The position numbers and the translations under genes were made by a program. Shown in pieces: positions 48,025-59,690 of a DNA stretch of 64,000 bases. The notes under the pieces are model-generated. The model saw only the letters and a program-made list of their open reading frames with translations, was not told the origin of the DNA and did not search any database. Every line of letters begins with the position of its first letter. Positions within the stretch are counted from its first letter, which is position 1. Origin of the DNA: Lama guanicoe (taxonomy: Eukaryota); contig MU054323.1 of the NCBI GenBank assembly GCA_013239625.1, positions 19,799,082 to 19,863,081 on the forward strand, written 5' to 3'.

Positions 48025-48645
48025 CCAGGGGGTGGCAAACAAGAGCCCACAGGACAAACCTGGCCCTTGGCCAGTTTTTATCTGGCCTGCAAGCTAAGAG
48101 TGGCTTTTACAATCGTAAAGGTTGTGAAGATGAAGGAGGACGAGGAGGAACTGGAGTAGCCACCCAAAACAGCCTCCATTCTTGCAAACCCCTTCTTCAA
48201 TGAAAGGAGTTGGGAAGTGTTTCCTCCTCTATTTTCTAATAAAGTTCGTGACACATTGGTAGGTTGGTTGGTTGGTTTTTCTTCAAGTGTTCACCAGAGA
48301 AGCCTGGTGTTTGGAGTTTTCTTTGTGAAAAGGTTTCAGATTATATATGCAATTTCTTTAATAGATATAGAGCTATTCAGATTTTTTGTTTCTTCTTTTG
48401 TCAGCTTTGTAATTCACCCCTTTGTGTTAATCAACGTTTCCTTTTGGTATCATTTTCCTTCAGTTTGAAGGATTTCCTTTAACATTTCATGGAGTGCATT
48501 TTGCCACAAACAGAAGGGTGCTACTGTCATCCAGTGATTAGAGGCCAGGAATGCTGTTCAGTACCCTACAATGCACAGGAAGGTACCCCAAAGACTTGGC
48601 CTTCCCTCAAAATACCAACAGTGCCGAGGATGAAAAACCTGGACT
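48025..48645. mobile_element. Cluster of MER58-like (48025-48120), L1 (48200-48500) and MER20-like (48510-48645) fragments
   Basis: cagggggtggcaaac...gctaagagtggctttt; gaggccaggaatgctg...cctacaatgcacagga. Confidence 0.7.
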
Positions 48646-49074
48646 AGAGTATTCTTACCCTGGGGCCAGTGTCACCCGACTCCTGAGATATCTACTTGAT
48701 GCCCAGGTAGTTGAGAATGTTTCTCTGCTCCCCATTCTGGCCAGTTGGAACCCTAACATCTCCCAACCTGATGTGAGCTCTGGAAATGGTTCAGCTTACA
48801 GCTTCCTGGTAGTTATAGGAAGAGCCTGGTAGGAGATTTACCCGCCACATGCACAGCTTAGCATGGAGCCAGAACTCAAGGGAACCCAGGCAAATTGCTG
48901 GAGCTCTTCTCTGCATAGTTTCTTTCTCTCTAGTACTCTGTGCCACAAATTCCAGTTGCCCGAGCCTTCCTGACCTCCACCCTCTGACATTTCAACTAAA
49001 TGAAACCTCCAGGCTCTGTCAGGTTGCCCTTTCCCTGTGCTCAGGCTGTAAAAGTGCCTCCAGGCAGAAAAGCC

Positions 49075-50171
49075 TGGGTGATCAAAGGCTTCTCTGTGTA
49101 TCTCTCCCATTTCTGCAGGTCTTGCAAAACAAGGCACTAACTTCCCTTGCTTCTATCTTTTTATTCATTTTTATAATTTTCTTTATTCTTAAGTAATAAG
49201 AATCAACCTAATCTTCCCTTTTTTAATTGTACTTAATTTACAATGTTTCAGGTGTATAGCAAAGTGATTAAGATATATATTGTTTTTCAGATTCTTTTCC
49301 AGTATAAGTTATTACAAGATATTGAATATAGTTCTCTGTGCTATACAGTAGGTTACTGTTGTTTATTTTATACACAGTAGTGTGTATCTGTTAATCTTAA
49401 GCTCCTAATTTATCCCTCGCCCTTTCCCCATTTGGTAACCATAAGATTGACCTCTATGTCTGTGAGTCTTTTTCTATTTTGTAAGTAAATTCACTTGTAT
49501 CATTTGTTTAGATTCCACATATATATGATATCATGTGATGTTTGTCTTTCTCTGTCTGACTTACTGCATTTCATATGATAATCTCTAGGTCTATTCATGT
49601 TGCTGCAAATGGCATTATTTCATTTTATGGCTGAGTAATATTCCATTATATATATAGAGAGAGAGAGGTATATATGCATATATATACCACATCTTCTTTA
49701 TTGATTCATCTATTGATGGACATTTAGGTGTTTCTGACTATCTTTTCAAGAATGCTGGTATAGTGAACAGCCTTGAAAGACAGAGACAGTGTCTCCCTCT
49801 GGAGCAAAGAGCAGGTTTGTGTACTGTCCAGTGTTGCAAAGGTGATGACTCCTTGCAAGGCAAAGGTCAAGCAGGTTTACTCCCCTCTGAAAATTATTCT
49901 GGTTCCCTAAGCTTAGAGCCCCTCTTCTGTAATGCAACCCACTACATGTACAAGTGTCACCTGGACCTCTTCATGTCGCCCATGGGAATTAGGACCTACA
50001 GAACCAGTGCAAATGCTGACACACTGGCCACTCCTATTGCTTTGAGTAACAAAGTCTTTGTCTGTGACCCAGGAGTCTCGTGTCTCCTGCCAGCATCCCT
50101 GAACTAGCATGAAGCTAACTTGTTAATTTGTAAAGAGGGTAAATTCTCAGACTCCTTCACTGTTCTTGACA
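49075..50171 (+). mobile_element. Solo ERVL-type LTR (LTR40-like by recall), split by the L1 above
   Basis: The 5' piece at ~49075-49160 continues at 49736; ends gacccaggagtctcgtgtct...gttcttgaca (CA terminus). Confidence 0.65.
49160..49735 (-). mobile_element. L1 3' end inserted into an LTR
   Basis: Typical L1 3' UTR (catgttgctgcaaatggcattatt, gatggacatttagg); flanking ctatctttt repeats. Confidence 0.85.
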
Positions 50172-50830
50172 TGCCTGTTATGTACCAGGCACTATGCTAG
50201 TCTTGAATATAAGAAGTGAATTATCCCCAAAAGGACATAAAGTGCCCTTCTGCAGTCTACAGTCTAGTGGGGGAGAGAAAGATTTTAAAAGACAAACCAA
50301 TATATAATTTTTATGGCAACAAGTATTAAGAAAGAAATAAGGAAATAAGAGAATGACAATGGGGACAATTTTAGATTAAGTGGTTAGAGGAAGCCTCTCT
50401 GAACAGGAAACATTGAAGAACTGAAAGAAAACCAACATGAGCCATAGTCATGATGGTGTTATGTAAGGATGGAAAATAGGCAAGATTTAAATCAGAGGTT
50501 TTCAACCCTGACTATACTGTCCCATCTATTCCAGGAACTTATATTAAAAATATATATATACATTGGGGGCGACTTATCTTGACCCTACAGATCCTTGTAG
50601 AAGTTTGGGTTTTATTGAGGGGTTTGGGTTTGAGTCAAAGTTTAAAAAGCCACTGAAGGGATTAAAACACAGAAGAGACATTTGATTTGATTTACTTTGA
50701 AAAAGATCCCTCTGGCTGCTGTGAGAAGACTGGATTAGAGAAGGTCAGTAGTGGGAGCAAGGATATAAATTGGGAAGTTATTGAAATTGTCTAGGCAAGA
50801 GATGATGGAGGTGTGGGCTAGGGTGTGGCC
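50172..50830 (-). mobile_element. L2 fragment(s)
   Basis: atgtaccaggcactatgcta...gtctagtgggggaga...aagatccctctggctgctgtg. Confidence 0.65.
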
Positions 50831-51064
50831 ATGAAAAAGAATATTGGGGATAGTAGGAATCAAAGCTGGATGAGTAAAGTGGGGCTGAACCATGAATGCT
50901 CTGCCACAAGACCTTTGTATATGCTGTTCCTTCTGCCTAGAAAGCTCTTTCCCTTGTTTGTCCTATGCCTGCTTTTTCTCATCCGTCAGGCTGTTTTTAA
51001 AATACAGGTTAAGGAAATTAGACTTTATCCTGTGGATATTAGAGGAAGGGGAAAATTTAAGAAC

Positions 51065-51400
51065 CTTGAATTAGGATTATATCCAGATGCAAGTAACAAC
51101 AATCAAAAAACATGACTTGCAGTGGCTTAAATAAACAGGGGTTTATTTCTCTCATATAAACAAGGAATCTAGAAACAGTAGCATTTGTTCAACTGCTCAG
51201 TGATGTCAGGAGCAACACCTTGGTCTTCCCCTCATGGTTGCAAAATGGCTGCTGCAGCTCCTTTGTAATCACATTTAGGACAGTAAGAAAGGAGAACAGG
51301 TGGCCCCAGGCAAGACTGTCTCTTTTAACAGGCAATGACAAACTCTCCCAGAAAGGAACCATTTCTACTTATTTCTCACTGATTTTAACTGTAATTCCCT
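51065..51400 (-). mobile_element. MLT1-type LTR fragment
   Basis: gcaagtaaca...cagtggcttaaataaacagggg tttatttctctca...caaaatggctgctgcagctcc. Confidence 0.65.
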
Positions 51401-51983
51401 TCCCTTTAGATAAGAAAGTATTTAGCTTTTTCCAGCGTTTATCATGCAAGAACTTCTGGAATTCTTGAGCTAAGGAATAGTATCATAAAAGAGGTAATTA
51501 AGGAAGGTACAGGCCAGGGACAACAGAAACGTGGAAAGGGAAGAACTAGAAACAGAGATGAGGTAAGAGACAATTGCAGTCAGTCAGTGGGAAGAAGATC
51601 TGGATTAGAATAAAGACAGGAATAATAAAAGACTTAACTTAAGGGACGTGTCCACTGACAGCTTTAGTCATACATAAGACGTGTTTCTGTGCTTCCATGT
51701 AAATGTATATCATTTTTGCAAGGATGGAGAAATGTATGTAACTAGATGTTCATTCCTGTGCCTTCTCTTTGTTTTTCTCTGTGTCTGTGATTGTATCATT
51801 TATTCATTCATTCAGCAAATACTTACTGAACCCCAACTTTGTGCAAGCCAACCTACCAGGTACTGTGGGGGAACACAACATGAATCAAACACAAATCCTA
51901 CCCTCGACTAGAAAGGAAGAAAACACATGTACTCAAATAGCTAAAATGCAAATTAGTAAATGGTAAATATCATAAAATCATGA

Positions 51984-52127
51984 GGGGGGAGGGTATAGCT
52001 CAGTGGTAGAGCACATACTTAGCACACACTAGGTCCTAGGTTCAATCCCCAGTCCCTCCATTAGAAAAATAAATAAATAAATAAGTCTAAGTTAACTTCT
52101 CCCCTAAAATCTAAAACAAAAATACTA
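51984..52127 (+). mobile_element. tRNA-Ala-derived SINE (Vic-1-like)
   Basis: gggggagggtatagctcagtggtagagc...ggttcaatccccag; (TAAA)n tail; imperfect TSD ataaaatcatga / ataaagttatga. Confidence 0.9.
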
Positions 52128-52326
52128 ATAAAGTTATGAAAGTTCAGAAAAGGAAGTCATTACCTTAGCTGGAGAGCTAAGGGAGAAGACGGCATTTGAA
52201 TTTGGTTTTAAAGAATTAATAGGATGGGGGGAAGGGATGTAGGCAGGGGGCAAGTGACAATGGAGCATTCTTAGCTAATTGGCTAGAAAGGCTGGTGAAA
52301 AATAAGCCTGAAAGAAAACTGATCTA

Positions 52327-52438
52327 GTGGGCAGGGTATAGCTCAGTGGTAGAGCACGTGCTTAGCATGTACAAGGTTCTGGGCTCAATCCCCAGTACCT
52401 CCATTAAATTAAGTAATTAATTACATCAAACTTTAAAA
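52327..52438 (+). mobile_element. tRNA-Ala-derived SINE (Vic-1-like)
   Basis: gggtatagctcagtggtagagcacgtgcttagcatg; imperfect TSD aaaactgatcta / aaaactttatcta. Confidence 0.9.
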
Positions 52439-52684
52439 AAAACTTTATCTAAAGAGTTTGGATTTTATTTCGTAGACTAAAAAATACTTACTAGACTCCT
52501 AGCAAGGTTATGGTACTGTGCTAGATCCTGAATTTCTACATGTGATTGTGTCTGTTTCCACATGTGTGTGCCTGTTTGTGAACATGTGTATCTTTCATAG
52601 TGTGTACATAGCTGTCTCCATCTCTTGTTTTAATAGTTTATGTGTACATGTATTTACCCGTAACCGTGTCCACGTGTCTCTATA

Positions 52685-52703
52685 TGACCAGCAGGTGGCA
52701 CCA
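52685..52703 (+). promoter_or_regulatory. CTCF motif (forward orientation)
   Basis: TGACCAGCAGGTGGCACCA; full match to CCASYAGRKGGCRS. Confidence 0.65.
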
Positions 52704-53564
52704 CAGAATCATAACCAGCAAGGACAATTCTGCCTCTCAGCCATGCAGCATCTCCTTCCTTATAATGTGGCATCTGACCCTGATCCTTTCCTTGGAGACC
52801 CTAGGAGGCCATAGAGAGATCCTGAGGCCCTTGCAGAGGCTGGGGATTTGTTTATTTATTTCTATCATTAGCATTATCCACCACTGTATTCCCATACCGA
52901 GCACAAAGCCTGGCAAGTTGAAATCCTCCATAAATACGTATAGAATGAATTGGTGAAGTGTTAACATGGCCCCTGGGAGAAGTGGGAGGTGCGGGGGGGA
53001 ACCAGGAAAAGGAGAGAAGTACACAGGAGGTGGCCCACCAGTAATGACGCCACAGGAAGTGGGATTTCAGTCACACTCATGGATGTTGCAGAGAGATCCA
53101 GACGGGATGTGTGATAAAACAGGACACTCAGCCACTGCCATCACCCATAAGACTTCCCCTCCTTATAACATGGCATCTGACCCTGATCCTTTCCTTCAGC
53201 TTTTATTTAGTGCCTAGTAAGAATGAGGACCTGTGAGAAATGCCACCTCTGCTCTTTAGGAGCTGACAATGTCAGAAGAGAAATAGAATTTATTTTAAAA
53301 AAAATAATAATTACATGCATGATCCTGGATTGGGATCCTGGCCTAGAAAGGAAAAGGAGGCCTTAGGCAGTGGGCGAAATTTGAATGAGGTCTGTGGATT
53401 GGAGGGTAGTATGGAATCAGTGTTAATTTCCTGATGGGGAGTGTTGCACATAGCTTATGGAACAGTGTACTTGTTTTTGAGGAAATACACAGTGAAATAT
53501 TTAGGGGCAAAATGAAATCATGTCTGCAACTTGCTCTCAGGTTGATCAGAAAAAGAATAATGGG

Positions 53565-53850
53565 GATAAATGGGAGTTAGAGATTTGCAAATATTAACTA
53601 CTATATACAAAATAGCTTTTTAAAAACCAAGGTTCTTCTGTGTAGCACAGGGAACTATATTCAATATCTTGTAGTAACCTATAATGAAAAAGAATATGAA
53701 AACGAATATATGCATGTATATGTATGACTGAAACATTATGCTGTACACCAGAAATTGACACACTGTAACTGACTATACTTCAATTTTAAAAACATTAAAA
53801 AAAGAAAAAAGAAAGAAAGGAAGGAAGGAAGGAAGAAAGAAAGAAAGGAA
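53565..53850 (+). mobile_element. L1 3' end with a tail decayed to (GAAA)n/(GGAA)n, nested in an older L1 3' fragment (~53310-54010)
   Basis: gcacagggaactatattcaatatcttgt...ctatacttcaat; imperfect TSD gaaaaagaataatgg / gaaaaggaataacgg. Confidence 0.85.
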
Positions 53851-55046
53851 GAAAAGGAATAACGGTAAAGGACGGGAAGGGGAGGAAATGGTAAATGTTA
53901 ATGATTGTAGGTTCTGACTTAAGGAGCTAAGAGAGTTGTTTATACTCTTGTAGTAACTTTTCCGTAAGTTTGAAATTATTTCAAAACAAATTATATTTTT
54001 AAAATTAAAAAAATAAGAATAATAATTAAAACCAATAAACCCTCTCTGCCTATTGCTGAGAAAAGTTCCTTCCTGCCCCACGTGAGAAGTGCTCTATTAG
54101 GGACAGAGGCACAGAGCTGGAAGAGGGTCCAGCTGGGTCTGTTCAGGGACCTTCTGCTCCAGAGATTTCTGTCCAGTGCCCCTCTAGCCACCTCCCCAAC
54201 CTTTCCCACCCCGACTGCCTCAGGAGACTGGCCCTCTCTCTCTCTCTCTCCCACCAGGGCTACCCCAAGGTCTCACCCTTTTCAGAGCCCAAACCACTGA
54301 TCTCTCCCACTCACGCTCCCCATGCCAGTGCAGCGCCCTGGTTAGCCTGCCCAGAACGGGAAGGTCTCTGGTTGCCAGCACACATTACTGCTCTGGTCAT
54401 TTCACACCAGAGCACAGGTACCAACTTCAACAGTCACCTTGCTCCCACAGGGCAACCGAGGCTCAGAGTTTTGCAGCAAAAACCTTGAACCAACAAAGAT
54501 CTACTTAGTGGGATTAATTTCAGGTCAGCTGCACATAAGAGGGGCCGGGACTATAAAACAGTTTAATAGTCTGGCTGAGTTATCACGGATAGGTCTGGCT
54601 GCTTCCCCATCTCCGCATTGCTTCACTCCTTTCTCCGAGCTGCCAGCAGCACGTGGTGCTGCCTATGTCCTGCCATTGCCAGTCAAGTCCTCCGCGTGGC
54701 CCTCTGAGGAATCCCACATAGCTCAGTCTGGCACTCAGGGCCGTCTGCAAAGTGGACCCACTTCCTGCTCCAGCTGTTTCTCCCATTACTGCTTTGTACC
54801 CATTTTTGCCCGACACTCTAAGCGTCCTGGAGGTGCTCGCATTTGCCCTCCCCTGCACCTTTGCGGACCGCAGTTCCTCTGCCCTGGAAGGGCCTCCTTC
54901 CCCATCTCCCACAGGCAAACACCCATCTGCCTTTCAAGGCCCACTTCAAACGTGACCTCTTCCTAAGGCCTTTCATGCTTCATCCACCCTGATGTGGCCT
55001 CTCCCTCCTCTCTTTCTTATCGTTGGCTTCATTACATTAATGCTTT

Positions 55047-55348
55047 ATTTTTTTTTCAATTAAGGTATAGTTGATTTACAATGCTGTGTTAGTTTCTGGT
55101 GTACAGCATAAGGATTCAGTTATACACACATGTATGTATATATTCTTTTTTTATTATAGGTTACTACAAGCTATATTATTGAATATAGTTCCCTGTGCCA
55201 CAGAGTAGGACCTTGTTGTTTATATATTTTGAATTTATTTACAAAACAGAAACAGACTCAGACGTACAAATCAAACTTATGGTTACCAAAGGGGAAGGAG
55301 GGGTAAATTAGGAGGCTGGGATTAGCAGATACAAACTACTACATAGAA
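55047..55348 (-). mobile_element. L1 3' end with 5' inversion
   Basis: Minus-oriented part at 55047-~55225 and plus-oriented part at ~55230-55348; TSD aatgcttt at 55039-55046 and 55349-55356. Confidence 0.85.
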
Positions 55349-56929
55349 AATGCTTTCTTTTTTGAATGCCAGTTCCTTCTATTCAGCTCTAAACTCTTCA
55401 AGGGAAAAATCTCTCTTATTCAACCAATACCTAGCAACTTGTTGGACATGAAATAGGTGCTCAATAAATGCAGAAGGGGCAATATGAGACACAAGTCTAC
55501 AGAACCGTGAGTTCTAAGGAACACACGATGTGGGTGTTCTTTCCACCGAGCACCCATGAGGTGCCCTCTGGTCCCAACCCCATCCTCATCTGGCTTCCGG
55601 CCTCCTCAGTCCTCAAGGAGACACTTTAAGACTATTTCTCCTCCTTGCCTCCCTCCCCTCTGCTATGCCTTTCTCCTGTCTTTCCCTTTTCTCCCCTAAA
55701 ACCCTCGGGCCCCCACCCACAGCACATTGGGGAGAAAACAGAAGGGCTGAGGGAGCCCACCAGCTTCTGAGCACTGAGATGAGGAAGTGATTATCAGAGG
55801 TCACTGTCTTGGACAGTTCCTGTTTCTGGAGCAAAGATGCCAAAATTTGTTCCTTTTTCTTGTGAAAAATGTAGGGGTTTTGACTTCCAAAATTCCCAGA
55901 ACCAAGACTGTCACTGTGAGCTGTCTGTGTTTCTGTCTGCCTGTGTCTGTACGAAGGGTCTGCCAAGGCCTCCTGGGCCTGCTCCTCATGGGCAAGTGTC
56001 CAGGGGCAGCCTTGGAAATGACACCTCATCCCCTGCCCCTCCCCAGTTCCACCACCACGTATGCCTGGCTGAGGAGGGGTAAGTGCGTTAGGACAGGCCT
56101 GCCTCTGATCTCCTATTACCTCCCAGGACCTGGCAGGGGAGTACCCCCACCTTCTCCTCCACCCCTCCCCCATTTTAGGTCTGGTTGCTCAGAATCCCCT
56201 AGAGAGGGTGGAAATTTGAGCTGATAACCTGGACTCAGAGATGTGGATCAATTTCAGAAACCCTGTCCCTGCCCTGCTCCTGGAATTGAACTCACCCCCA
56301 CCCCCCGGGCCAAGCAGACACAACCAGCACCATCTCTGCCCCCAGCCTTGCGCCTGGGCACCTGCTCTGTGCCCCAGTCCCATTTGGAATGGCTGTACAG
56401 CCCCACTTCACGTGGAATCAGACCCTCCTAAGCCCTGGACAGAGAGATAGAGGAGGACCAGCATGGGAAGGACTGGAGGTGGAGGTGGGGGAGGGTAGGA
56501 TAGAGAAAAAGGTGCTTACCAACTAAACCAAGCTCAGAAACTAAAGCCAGGGTAAGAGAGTGAGAAGGGGCCTTGGGATTAAGGTTAGGATCAAGGTGTG
56601 CAGGTGGTCTTGGGGAAGTAATGGTGAGGGGCACTCTGGGCGGGGCTTGCCTTGGATGGCAGGTTAAGAGAGGCCAGGACAGGTCTAGGTAGCAGTTTCT
56701 CTGCGAACGCAGGAAGCAAACATGAGCACTTTCTAGCAGGATCTACTTTTGGCCTGCTCTTCCTTTAGTCTCAGCTTCTGTTTGTACTGTGCCTGTCCAA
56801 TTCTCATTCATTTAACAAACATTTAAATAGCCCAGAACATTTGGAGGTATCCGTGGCCAGGGCTTTCCAAAAGCGTAGGCTGGGACTTTCAGAGGCCTCA
56901 CTGCCTGGAGCTTCAGCATCCTGTTCTGC

Positions 56930-57630
56930 TGGGCCCCTCGCGTGCTGTGCGTGTTGTGAACCACCCTAGAGGCTGAGGCCCCATGCCTGATCAGCCGGGA
57001 GGCAGCAGGGGATTCAGCACGGGATTCAGAAAGGGTGCAGGACCGCTCCGCAGATGGCTGGCCCAGACAACCAGCGCCAGAGACAGGTTAAGGGGGCAGG
57101 AGGCCGGGCGGGGCGGGAAGAGTCTGTGCGGAGGCCGAGTCCGTGCCCCTTCGCGTGTTCTGAGAGCGCAGATGCTGGCAGGCAGTGGCGGCGGCGCTCC
57201 CAGGGGAGAGGTCCCCCGCCGGTGCCCGGAGCTGGGAACCGGAGCCCGGCAGCCCTCGCCAGCGCCCCGCCCGCCCCGAGGCCCGAGCGAGGCGCCGCGG
57301 GAGGAATTCCAGCCATTTCCTCTGCGCCGCGCGGTATGTGGCCTGCTCGCTGCCCGACCGCAGCGCGGCCTGGAGGTGGGGGCCGGCGGCGCGGGCCAGT
57401 CACACCAGCCCCGTCTGGCAGCTGCCCCGGCCTAGCCGTCCTGCTCCGGATTCCCGGCGGGCTGTCCCTCGTCCCCGGCGACCAAACCGGCCCTCGCGGC
57501 AGCCCCAGGCCTGTGCTTCGCCCCCGGGACCCGACTCCTTCCCGCCGCCGCCGCTGCCGCCAGAACCGCTCCCGCGCCGCGCCCGCCCTCCCGCCTCCGC
57601 GGCCCTCCTCCCAGGTCCCCAGATTCTGAG
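56930..57630. promoter_or_regulatory. Orphan CpG island (no recognisable coding gene)
   Basis: Dense CpG/GC; GC boxes gggcggggcggg ~57106; moderately CpG-rich shoulder to ~58900. Confidence 0.85.
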
Positions 57631-59529
57631 TTTGGAACTGAAGGTGGTCCTTGCTACGTCACTTTGGGGCACGTCCCTTAGCCTTTCTAAGCCTCAGTTT
57701 CTCCATCTGTGAAATGGGCACCCTAACAACAGTGCTACCTTATTTGTGCCGCCCTGAGGTTAAATGAGAAAAGGAATGGCTGAACCAATGTCAATGATGT
57801 TTTCGTTTCTCTAGGTACCACCGCTGTCCTTAACTTTCCTGGATCTGCCTCCCACCGAGCCCAGAGCCTCTTCTCCAGTCTAATTTGCTGTGGTGCAGTG
57901 GGGGTGGCTTTACAGGTAGGATGCCACCCCGTCGGGGCCTGCTCAGGGCATGTATCTAAAACATGCCTGAAGGACTGGCCATACAGCCTTCCTTGGGATT
58001 ATTTGCCTCCTAGGTTCTTGAAGAACCTAAAGGACAGTTATTTCATTTTTTAAATGATGTCATCGCAGTCTGAGGGCAACCAGACACGCAGTGGTTAGGG
58101 GAAGTTGAGGGTGCGGAGGCGAATGGTGGGTCCGCAGATGTGGACTTTACCTGCGGGTCTGAACAGAAGATGGGCCACCACGTGCTCTCGGGGCTCCTCT
58201 TTCGAAGTGCAGATTCCCCTGGGAGAGCGAACATTTTTTTCCGCCTTTAACCCTTTGGAGGAGGGGCCGGGAAGGAGAAAGCCAGAGCCCCTAGGCGACT
58301 GGGAGGGTGGGATCCACTTCCCCTGCCGCCCACACCTGCCCCACCCACGCCCACGGCTGCGGTCAGTGTAACACTAGGTGGGGTTGGAAAGCCCCGTGTT
58401 TCACCGGGCCTAACCGCCGGCTGCTTTGCAGAGGCAGCACGGAAGAGCCGCTCTGCCTCGGTGTTCCCCCAGATGGCCCCTTGTTTTGATTTTGCAACTT
58501 CCATTCCAGCCAGAGTCCCAAGGCTGAGAATCAGCCCTTGAAGCAAGATGTGCCCCACCCCCCGTCTCTTTCCCCACACACGCTCCAGCCACAGACCGCA
58601 TAAATCCAGGTGGAGACAGGTCCAGAAACACAGGTGCTATAAATATCCCAGTCCAGCAGGGAGAATCAGCGCTCAGGCAGCCCCTCCCCATCCACCCAGC
58701 CACCCTCCCTCCTCTGAGCCCAGCACTTCCGGCCATCGCTGCGCTGCAGGCTGGTCTCCCCGCGGTGGGAGGGGCGGACTTCCCTTTCCTCTCCCGAGAC
58801 CCCCGTCTGCCTAACCTGAGAGTTTTCTCTCTACTCCGGATATACCTCCCTAACTCCCAATCGCAGACCGCTCCCTCCCTCCCCTGGTATTTTTAAAAGG
58901 CTTCTCCCAGGAACCCCACGCTGTGTCCAGTCTTCCGGAAATGCTGACTCCTCTCTCAAGATGGATGAGGGATGCTGCCTTTGGTTGAAAGGCAACAAAC
59001 TAAGTCACATTTTTAAATTTAAAGTTTGATTCCAAGATTTTGATAGCACTTTTTGTTGGGAGGTGGGGTGCGGTGGTAGCAGGCTGGAGGCGGAGTAAAT
59101 CTAAAAGAAGGTGAAAGAAGCTGGAAGAACATATATGCAAAGAGGGGATATAGCCTTTCCCAACAGGCTGGTGCCCAGGAGCTTAGTGGGACGTTCTGAG
59201 CCAGTCTCCTGAGCCTGGGACTTGGCATCGGGATGCAGTTGAGAAGAAGCCTTTGGGACACAAAGAGACAACACCAGGGAAAAGGTTAATGAAGTCCCAC
59301 CACCTGGGGTTAAGAGACTCAGATACAAAAATTGTCCCCAGGATACGCAGAGACATGATAACTTGGGGAGAAAGTGGCCAGAGCAAGGCAGGTTTGAAGA
59401 TGGTGAGTGAAACAGTTCTGAACCACCAGTTTTCAAACGTGGCTGTAAAAATAAGCTTTAACTAAATACTAAATAGATCCCTGTTTAAAAAATGAAGTCA
59501 CATCCCTCTTCCAGTGTGGGAGCTTACTC

Positions 59530-59690
59530 TTCAGTCACTGTGCTAAGGTAGCACTTGGCCAGCTCATCTCACGGAATCCTACTTAGGATGTTCTTTTAAT
59601 TCCCCATTTTACAGATAAGGAAACTGAGGTCAGAGAGACTAATTAACTAGCAAAGGAGAGTTTTGAACCCAGGGATCTGACTCCGGTGGT
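59530..59690 (-). mobile_element. MIR SINE
   Basis: ccccattttacagataaggaaactgaggtcagagag. Confidence 0.8.

Noticed and set aside
38109..52438. tRNA-Ala-like sequences as tRNA genes
   Set aside because: They have A-rich tails, TSDs, broken stems and multiple diverged copies, so they are SINEs
56983..57712. 150-191 aa ORFs in the orphan CpG island
   Set aside because: Low-complexity Pro/Arg/Gly/Ala sequence in all frames, with no recognisable domain
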